From Octopus sinensis (Eukaryota), in the NCBI RefSeq assembly GCF_006345805.1, contig NW_021834127.1:1-27914 (forward strand): a DNA stretch of 27,914 nt. The letters run 5' to 3'. Position 1 is the stretch's first letter; each line of letters begins with the position of its first letter. Shown one piece after another: positions 20,330 to 27,914 of the stretch. The notes beneath the pieces are model-generated. The model was not told the DNA's origin. It saw only the letters and a program-made list of their open reading frames with translations, and did no database searches. Made by a program: the position numbers and the translations under genes.

Positions 20330-21085
20330 ATGGAAGAGAGGAGTGGCGAAGGGGAGGAAGAAGTCGGAGGGGAAAAGAAGAAGAACGAAGTGAAGGAAGA
20401 TAGAAGAAGAAGGGTGTAAAAAAAAGGAAGAAATGAAATACAGTGAGAATGGGAAGGGATGAAGAAACGACGGAAGGAAGGAAGGAAGGAGAGAAAAGAA
20501 GAAAGAAAGAACGAAAGAAAGAATGAAAGAAAGAAAGATAGAAAGAAAGAAAGAATGAAAGAAAGAAAGAAAAGAGCGAAAGGATAAAATACGGTGAGAA
20601 TGGGAAGGAAGGAAAGAAGAAAAAAAAGAAAGAAAGAAAGAAAGAAAGGAAAAAGAAAGAAAAAAGCGAAAGGATGATATACGGTGAGAATGAGAAGGAA
20701 GGAAGGAAAGAGAGAAAAGAAGAAAGGAAACATTAAAGAAAAGAAAGAAAGAGATAAAAAGAAGGAAAGAATGAAGAAAGAAAGAAAGGGAGGGAAACAA
20801 TGAATGAAGGAAGAAATAAAGGGAGGAAAAGAATTAATGAAAGGAATGAATAAAGTAAAGAAGGAAGGAAGGAAGACGGAAAGAAAGAAGGAATAGAATA
20901 TGGTAAGACGGAGAGAAGGAAGAACGGATGAATGAAAGAAAGAAACGAACAAACAAAAGGAACGGAAAGAAGAAAAGAAAGAAAGAAGAGAGTAAGAAAG
21001 GCGGGAAAAGGAAAAGAAAAACAGAAAGAAAGGAAGATAGGAAGGAAGGAAGGAAGAGAGGTAGGAAGGAAGGAAGAAAGATGAG
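20330..21085. repeat. (GAAA/GGAA)n purine tract with three embedded TAC(A/G)GTGAGAATG(G/A)GAAGG units
   Basis: Embedded units at about 20436, 20588 and 20678 indicate internal tandem amplification. Confidence 0.9.
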
Positions 21086-21241
21086 GAATGTAAATTGCTA
21101 TATTTTTTGAGACTGAAGAGTTTGTAGTCATGGTGACCAGTTTAAATGTCCAACTGATGATGGACAGTCTCTGTCATTGAAGGGCAAACTGCGTTCCGAG
21201 GGACTTTCTAAATGGCACATCTAGGGGTAAATTCCTTTGAA

Positions 21242-21350
21242 TTTCTTTCGAGGTCGATAAATAAAGTACCTGTTGCGTATTGGGGTCGATCTTATCAACT
21301 GGCCCCCTCCCCGAAAATTTCCGGCCTTGTGCCTAGAGTAGAAAATAATA
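21242..21350 (+). mobile_element. 5'-truncated family A SINE with alternative 3' tail
   Basis: TTTCGAGGTCGATAAATAAAGTACC...TGGGGTCGAT followed by tail CCCTCCCC.AAAATTTC.GGCCTTGTGCCTAGAGTAGAAAA. Confidence 0.8.
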
Positions 21351-21357
21351 TAGCTAA

Positions 21358-21542
21358 AGCGGCGAGCCGGCAGAAACGTTAGCACGCCAGACGAAATGCT
21401 TAGCGGTCTTACGTCTATCTTTACGTTCTGAGTTCAAATTCCGTCGTGGTTGACTATGCCTTTTATCCTTTCGGAGTCGATAAATTACGTACCAGCTCCC
21501 TCCCCCAAAATTTCAGGCCTTGTGCCTAGAGTAGAAAAGAAT
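21358..21542 (+). mobile_element. Family A SINE with alternative 3' tail and internal deletion
   Basis: GCGGCGAGCCGGCAGAAACGTTAGCACGCC head, GAGTTCAAATTCC, and the same tail as 21242-21350. Confidence 0.88.
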
Positions 21543-21557
21543 AAATCGGTTATTCTT

Positions 21558-21729
21558 CTATAATACACAAAATATTTTTAGAATTTTATTTATACAATTC
21601 CTTTTGATATTTAATAATATAAAATGAAATGGAACATTTTTCAAGCATCGAGGGGCTTTGAGAGTCCAGTGGAGCAAAATAGGAATCAAAGGGGTCCATA
21701 GATAAAAAGGGGGGGGGCTGGGAACCAGT
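21558..21729 (-). mobile_element. hAT-like DNA transposon end fragment
   Basis: Minus strand starts CACTGGTTCCCAGC (CAGTGGTTC.CAAC-like) and is homologous to 11418-11590. Confidence 0.55.
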
Positions 21730-21759
21730 GCGCCAGAAAGTATTTCCTTCGTATACTTG

Positions 21760-21868
21760 CTTCCTCCATAGAGTGACCTTTTCACAGAAATGACTCCTCT
21801 CATAGATTCGCGATAGAATGGTTTCTTCACGGAGTACTTTCTCCACAGACTGACTTCTTCACACCAAG
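21760..21868 (+). repeat. Decayed ~17-bp minisatellite
   Basis: Units CTTCCTCCATAGAGTGA / CCTTTTCACAGAAATGA / CTCCTCTCATAGATTCG / ... / CTTTCTCCACAGACTGA / CTTCTTCACACCAAGA. Confidence 0.55.
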
Positions 21869-21914
21869 ACATCGCCAAGAATTCTTCGAAGAAATGATTC
21901 GCTTACATATTATA

Positions 21915-22085
21915 GTTGTTTCAGTCATTTGACTACGGCCATGCTGGGCACAGCCTTGAAGAATTTTTAAGTCGAAGGAATCGACCCCAGTACATTTTTT
22001 TAAAGCCTGGTATTTATTCTGTCGGTATATTTCGCCGAATCGCTAAGTTACGGGGACGCAGACACACTAACAACGGTTGTCACGC
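21915..22085 (-). mobile_element. SINE family B 3' module
   Basis: Reverse complement of ~1990-2165. Confidence 0.8.
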
Positions 22086-22399
22086 AGAGGCAGACACAAA
22101 CACAAAGACACACACACACACACACACACACACACCACACACACACATGTAAATTCAAGTTACAACATATGGACTCAAGTAACCCGGTACTACTCATAAA
22201 AAAGAAGCTTAAATTCTTCATTATTTTGGAGGATTATTTGCGTTTTACATTAATGCAGACATGTAAGTCATATATTTGTTATTAAATAAAATAGTATAAA
22301 TTATTTCCATGTTTTTAAGTTACGAAACAATTTGTTGTGATGTTTAAATTTTCTTATTATTAAATAAAATTTCATCAAACTATTTGTCATTTATGATTT

Positions 22400-22401
<2 letters not shown>

Positions 22402-22480
<79 letters not shown>
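22402..22480. repeat. (TAGA)n microsatellite
   Basis: Directly visible. Confidence 0.95.
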
Positions 22481-22481
<1 letters not shown>

Positions 22482-22679
22482 TAAATAAACACACACACGC
22501 ATATATTTCGTTTTGGGATTTGGTTTGCAAGATTCTTTATGCGAGTTCGTGTGTTGAAGCATATTTTGCTGAGTCTAGGGAGAGTGCCTTATTATTTAAC
22601 ACACTCACCGGTAAAGTCTTCCCGTCCCACCGACATTACTGGCTTTCCAGTATCTAATACCTATTCCAAATTCTATATT

Positions 22680-22875
22680 TAAGAGATGAGGAATTATGTA
22701 CATTATTTACATTATTTACACTTAACGAAAAATATCTTAGGAATGAGAACCCAGGTTCGAAATTTCCCCCAAGACACTCGATGAAGGCTGGAGGGCATAT
22801 CAGCCGAAATGTGTGTTAACAACAATCAAGATGAGGAAAGATATCCGTCAAATGTAAATAATGTAAATAATGTAC
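22680..22875 (+). mobile_element. Probable Penelope-like terminal repeat with decayed hammerhead between perfect 23-bp inverted repeats
   Basis: GTACATTATTTACATTATTTACA (22698-22720) and its exact reverse complement (22853-22875) enclose GACAC [TCGATGA] A GGCTG-N10-CAGCC [GAAA] TGT GTGTT (22773-22817). Confidence 0.6.
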
Positions 22876-22894
22876 TCTCTTTACTCCCTTTTAA

Positions 22895-23257
22895 TCTTTT
22901 ACTTGCTTCAGTCATTTGACTGTGGCCATGCTAGAGCACCGCCTTTAGTTGAGCAAATTGACCCCAGGACTTATTCTTTGTAAGCTTAGTACTTATTCTA
23001 TCGGTCTCTTTTGCCGAACCGCTAAATTCGGGGACGTAAACATACCAGCATCGGTTGTCAAGCGATGTTGGGGGGACAAACACAGACGCACAAACATATA
23101 CAGACGCATACACATATATATACATATATACGACGGGCTTCTTTTAGTTTCCGTCTACCAAATCCACTCACAAGGCTTTGGTCGGCCCGAGGCTATAATA
23201 GAAGACACTTTCCCAAGGTGCGACGCAGTGGGACTGAAACCAGAACCATGTGGTTCG
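22895..23257 (-). mobile_element. SINE family B, near full length
   Basis: Reverse complement of 1752-2170, including the CORE-like segment (CCAAGGTGCG..CAGTGGGACTGAAACC). Confidence 0.88.
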
Positions 23258-23500
23258 TATTTCCAAATTGTTGCAATTTTTGCTTCGCCTACTTTGCTAA
23301 AGACCAACAAATAAGCATTAACGTCACACAGTAAAACTGATTTTGTAAATAGGAATCAATTGTTGATATATGTTTCCATTTAAAGGGAAAGAAAGCGGAA
23401 TTCGGGGTAAAGCACAGCATCATAGTCGTCAACCCTTTGACAATACTGTCTCGAGTCCCAGGATTCAAAGAATCGATTACTCAGTCTCCATGGCATATAA

Positions 23501-23803
23501 GTGGAGGTACATGGCCTAGTGGTTAGAGCAGCGGACTCGCGGTCGAGGGATCGCGGGTTCGAATCTCAGACCGGACGATGTGTGTGTTTATGAGCGAAAC
23601 ACCTAAGCTCCATGCGGCTCCGGCAGAAGGTAATGGCGGAACTTCTGCTGACTCTTTCGCCACAACTTTCTCTCACTCTTTCCTCCTGCATCTTGCAGCT
23701 CACCTGCGATGGACCGGCGTCCCGTCCAGGTGGGTAACCTATACGCCAAGAAACCGGGAAACCGGCCCTTATGAGCCAGGCATGGCTCGAGAAGGAACAA
23801 ACA
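23501..23803 (+). mobile_element. tRNA-derived SINE, family C variant, with 11-bp TSD
   Basis: Head GGAGGTACATGGCCTAGTGGTTAGAGCAGCGGACTCGCGGTCGAGGGATCGCGGGTTCGAATCTC (clear A/B boxes), with the same 3' end as 14563-14831. TSD ATGGC(A/G)TATAA at 23490-23500 and 23804-23814. Confidence 0.92.
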
Positions 23804-23864
23804 ATGGCGTATAATCACAACATTCCCTCTGACATGAGCAAGAGTCCGGCGCAGGTTTGCTTAT

Positions 23865-24001
23865 TTACAATTGAGCGGATTGTAGTAAACTAAAATGAAG
23901 TGTTTTGCTAAAAAAAAAACCTCAACGTACCGCCCGGTCCGGGAATCGTAACCACGTACATGCAGTTTTGAGTGCAACACCCTTACCACTAGACCACGCG
24001 A
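23865..24001 (-). mobile_element. SINE family C 5' fragment
   Basis: AATGAAGTGTTTTGCT...CGCCCGGTCCGGGAATCG.AACCACG...ACCACTAGACCACGCG. Confidence 0.7.
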
Positions 24002-24589
24002 ATTCACTCAGAAAAAAAAGTACCCAATATATAAACTAGATTGTCAAATATTTACATTTCTTAAATAAACGTCTCTTACAGAACTGTTAATGTTTCCCTT
24101 TTCTAAAGAATTCACACTTATTCTTCTCTTCGAGGAGACAGTAATATTCCTTTAAGTACCATTCATCTCATAAAAGCAAATATTGTGTGGAGATATTTAT
24201 TTTATGGACAAGAAGTGATGAAAAAATTAAAGTCGTTCCTTTAAAATAAATTGAACCGAGAGCGCAAAGGGACATAACTCAATGCTGCAAAAAACATTTC
24301 GTTTGGTGCGCAACAATTTTAGTCACGCTTTATAACACTTTTCTTTCCTTTTTTTTACTTTGGTGTTTTTTTATTATTTCTTTTTCTTTTTTATATTCGA
24401 CTGAGAATTTGTTATTTACTCGCCGAAACGAATCGAAAGACACAAGCTTTGCTAATATGACGCTTTGTTTTTTTCTTTTCTTTTTACTTTTCTTTTACGT
24501 CATTCATTGAACGGACTGCGGCCATGATGGAGCACTGTCTTGACGGGTTTTGTCGAGGATTTTCGATTCTCAAATCGAAGGTGCTTTGA

Positions 24590-24690
24590 GTTTTTGAACA
24601 AAACACTTCACTTCACGTTGTTCCAGTCTGCTCGGCTGTAAATGGGTACACCCTGCAATGGACAAGGGCTCCGTTCGTGGAGGAGGGGGC
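24590..24690 (+). mobile_element. SINE family C internal fragment
   Basis: CAAAACACTTCACTTCACGTTGTTCCAGTC..CTCGGCTG.AAATGGGTAC..CCTGCAATGGAC matches 14658-14725. Confidence 0.65.
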
Positions 24691-24734
24691 GTTGCCCTAC
24701 CCCATCTATCCAGCAAGGTGGTAACATTCGAAAG

Positions 24735-24967
24735 GGCGGCGAGCTGGCAGAAACATTAGCACGCCGGGCGAAATGCTTAGCAGTAATTCGTCTGTTGCTA
24801 CGTTCTGAGTTCAAATTCCGCCGATGTCGACTTTACCTTTCATCCTTTCGGGGTCGATTAAATAAGTACCAGTTACGCACTGGAGTCGATGTAATCGACT
24901 TAATCCGTGAGTCTGTCCTTGTTTGTCCCCTCTGTGTTTTTAGCCCCTTGTGGGTAATAAAGAAATA
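24735..24967 (+). mobile_element. SINE family A, full length, with TSD
   Basis: Complete head, centre and tail. Flanked by GGTA(A/T)CATTCGAAAG at 24720-24734 and 24968-24982. Confidence 0.93.
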
Positions 24968-25547
24968 GGTATCATTCGAAAGTTATAGTAATGCGATTAA
25001 TTGCATCGTGACCCGCGATGTATAACAACAGCCAATAGTCTGGTCGATATAGTGAGAGTGATATACAGTTACAGAAAAAATAAGATGAGATGGTCACGGA
25101 GAGAATGCCCATTAGGATGGATCTTAGACGATGAAGACAGAACTGGGGATAAAATACTAACAAATTACCATTAACCGCAACACTGACTCTACTCTGTAAA
25201 CACATAAAATAACCTGAACCAATAAAACATATTAGCGGCCATCTTGGATTATACAATACTTCTCAGACCACTCCTCTCGCCTACTCTCCCTCTCTCTCTA
25301 TCAATCTATCTGTCAATCTTTCATCATTTTTCATCTCCTCCTCCTCTTCCTTTTCTCTCTCACTCTCTCGCTCTTTCTCTCTCACACACTTTCTCTTTCT
25401 CGCTCTCTATTTCTCTCGTTCTTCTCTCCTTCCTTTAGCTATTCGCTTCATTGCTCACTTCTGAATTATTCAGCTGAGCTATAACTGTTTTCTCAAAGTC
25501 ATCTCATTATTGTTAATAAATTATAAAGTCTATTTTAAGGTATACGT

Positions 25548-25584
<37 letters not shown>

Positions 25585-25748
25585 TGCATGCATACATACA
25601 TACATACATACATACATACATACATACATACATACATACATAATACGTACGTACGTACATATATATATATAAGTATGTGTGTATGTATTTGTGAATATAT
25701 AGACATTAAGCATAAAATGTTTGCCTACATGCATAGCGTACCTATATA

Positions 25749-25779
<31 letters not shown>

Positions 25780-25878
25780 GACTGACAGTCAGACAGACAG
25801 ATAGACAGAAAGAGAAAGTGATACAGAGAGAAAGAGAGACAGAGGCTGTCTATGTGCATGTGCCTTTATGAAAGAATG

Positions 25879-25931
<53 letters not shown>

Positions 25932-25975
25932 TTTTATGGATTATGAGTAAATATTCGAATGAATATTCATGTAGA

Positions 25976-26018
25976 TATTATTATCATTATTATTATTATT
26001 ATCATTATTATTATTATC

Positions 26019-26053
<35 letters not shown>

Positions 26054-26073
26054 CATTATTATCATCATCATCA

Positions 26074-26155
<82 letters not shown>

Positions 26156-26170
26156 CATCATCATCATCAT
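25976..26170. repeat. (ATT)n/(CAT)n microsatellite
   Basis: Directly visible. Confidence 0.95.
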
Positions 26171-26214
26171 GGTGGCCAGCAAGCAATAATGCCGTTATAT
26201 GGCTAATCAATAAA

Positions 26215-26647
26215 ATTTTATAATTAATAAATGATTGTAATTGAGGGTACACGAAGTACCAGCTTGCTAGAAATAAGAGTTAAAATTCTCAAACGGGCTA
26301 CCAAACTCACTCAAGATAATAAGAAACCAACAGAAGTCGGGCAAACGAGCAGAGAAAGTTTAAAATCTTAACCCGGCTGAAGGCTATAGAATTAGGCAAT
26401 AGATATACCTGTATAGATATACAGGTATATCTATTACCTAATCCTATTAAAGGTATGTCTATAGCCTAATTCTACAGCTTCCAGGTGAGTTAAAATGTTA
26501 GAATTTTTTTCTCCTCGTTTGCCCGATTTTTGTTGGTTTGTTATGATTTTCAGTGAGTTTCATGGCTTGTTTGAGTATTTTAGCACTTATTTCTAGCAAG
26601 TGTAACGTCCTGTACCCTCTATTATAATTATTTATTAATTATAAAAT
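26215..26647. mobile_element. 433-bp foldback/MITE palindrome
   Basis: Left arm ATTTTATAATTAATAAATGATTGTAATTGAGGGTACA...CTTGCTAGAAATAAG...CGGGCAAACGAG...TAGGCAATAGATATACCTGTATA, a 2-nt loop (26416-26417), and the right arm is its reverse complement with scattered mismatches. Confidence 0.85.
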
Positions 26648-26649
26648 CA

Positions 26650-26723
26650 TATATATGTTCTATATGTATGTATATATATTATTAATATATATTATATATT
26701 ATATATATATATATATATATAAT

Positions 26724-26793
<70 letters not shown>

Positions 26794-27020
26794 TACATAT
26801 TATATATATATATATTACATATATATATACATAATATATATGTGTATATATATGTATATATATATATATATATATTGTGTGTTTGTGTGGTGTGTGTGTG
26901 TAGCATATGTATGTATTTATGTCTGTATGTATGCATGCATGCATACATGTATGTATATATGTTGTATGTATGTATTATGTATGTATGTATGTACGTATGT
27001 ATGTATGTTGCATGCATGTG
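26650..27020. repeat. (TA)n/(TG)n/(TATG)n compound microsatellite
   Basis: Directly visible. Confidence 0.95.
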
Positions 27021-27079
27021 TACATACAAACTTGCTGCCAGTTCAAATATGATCGAGGCATGTCCGAATCCGTAAGAAA

Positions 27080-27250
27080 CTCATTCACTATTTGGCCCAA
27101 GGGCAGCAATTTAAGAGGAGGGGTTAGGTCGATAACACCGACCTGGCACTTATCTTATCGACTCTGGAAGAGACGAAAGGCAAAAGCAATCTCGGCGGAA
27201 TTTGAACCCAGAACGTAAAGACGGACAAAATGCTGTTAAGTACTTTGACC
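27080..27250 (-). mobile_element. Degenerate family A-related SINE
   Basis: CTGGCACTTATCTTATCGAC...GAAAGGCAAA..ATCTCGGCGGAATTTGAACCCAGAACGTAAAGACGGAC.AAATGCTG.TAAG. Confidence 0.75.
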
Positions 27251-27419
27251 TTACTTTACCTCCACCTCCACCAACATTATTAATATAAAGTTATGTTAAC
27301 CATTCTCATTTAGCCGGACTATAAACCCAACTTCAGTGGGGTGGGCACGACTGGATGTACCAGATACAGCCCTCTAAACATAACTAGGCACCACTCTGTT
27401 GCTGGTTGACGCCAACTTC

Positions 27420-27505
27420 CCAGTACTACCATGAAGCAACGTGAAATGAAGGAACTTGCTCAAGGCCATAATGCATCGTCTGGTCCTGGAATCGAACCTA
27501 CTTCC
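27420..27505 (-). mobile_element. SINE family C 5' fragment
   Basis: AGCAACGTGAAATGAAG...TTGCTCAAG...GGTCCTGGAATCGAACC. Confidence 0.6.
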
Positions 27506-27734
27506 CAAACCACTACACTACGGGTACACGAGAAATTGGGAGATAATTATACTGTTGATTCATAGCAAGATTACCCGGATTAGGTATTGGGGTGGATGTA
27601 ATCGAGGGAACCACCCTCCAGCATGGCCGCAGTGAAATGGTACAAAGCCAGCAGAATAAATGTGGGCATCAAAGAGGAAACACCGTATATGTATGTGTGT
27701 ACGCATGTGTGTGCGCACGTATGTGAGTGAGTGT

Positions 27735-27815
27735 GTGTATGTATGTATGTATGTATGTATGTATGTATGTATGTATGTATGTATTTATGTATGTATGTAG
27801 GTATGTATGTGTGTA

Positions 27816-27848
<33 letters not shown>

Positions 27849-27914
27849 ATGTATGTAATTATGTATGTATGTATGTATTATGTATGTATGTATGTATGTG
27901 TGTATGTGTGTATG
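27735..27914. repeat. (TATG)n microsatellite running off the window end
   Basis: Directly visible. Confidence 0.95.

Noticed and set aside
21138-21191. CTGATGA with nearby GACAG/CTGTC hairpin
   Set aside because: Followed by GAAG rather than GAAA, with no stem III or NUH. CTGATGA sits in the loop of a TGTCCA/TGGACA hairpin instead.
23501-23575. tRNA gene
   Set aside because: A and B boxes are present but the acceptor stem is not formed. It continues into SINE body and tail with a TSD, so it is a SINE head; the same applies to the other SINE heads.
25219-25246. CCAAT plus YY1-like GCGGCCATCTTG as a promoter
   Set aside because: Isolated motifs with no CpG-rich context or downstream gene, and this word is also common inside transposon remnants.

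Overview
This is AT-rich, microsatellite-saturated eukaryotic DNA. The SINE families and simple-repeat density point to an octopus or other cephalopod intronic or intergenic region (inference from recognised repeat families). No protein-coding gene can be confidently identified; almost all ORFs in the supplied track are translations of microsatellites. The window holds about 20 tRNA-derived SINE copies from three families, a non-autonomous Helitron, an internally deleted mariner, a decayed RTE-clade LINE 3' end, hAT-like fragments, MITE/foldback palindromes, and a ~1.27 kb tandem duplication whose copies differ only by small indels. The most notable signal is a set of hammerhead-ribozyme (HHR) motifs at six loci, from apparently unrelated, probably Penelope-like repeats. 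One is a fully intact type I HHR (1180-1284, minus strand). Others are minimal, dimer-type or core-variant motifs (U4C; A6U plus an extra A), and two loci sit in or between inverted repeats. All structures were derived by hand base-pairing; no folding, database search or activity data are available.
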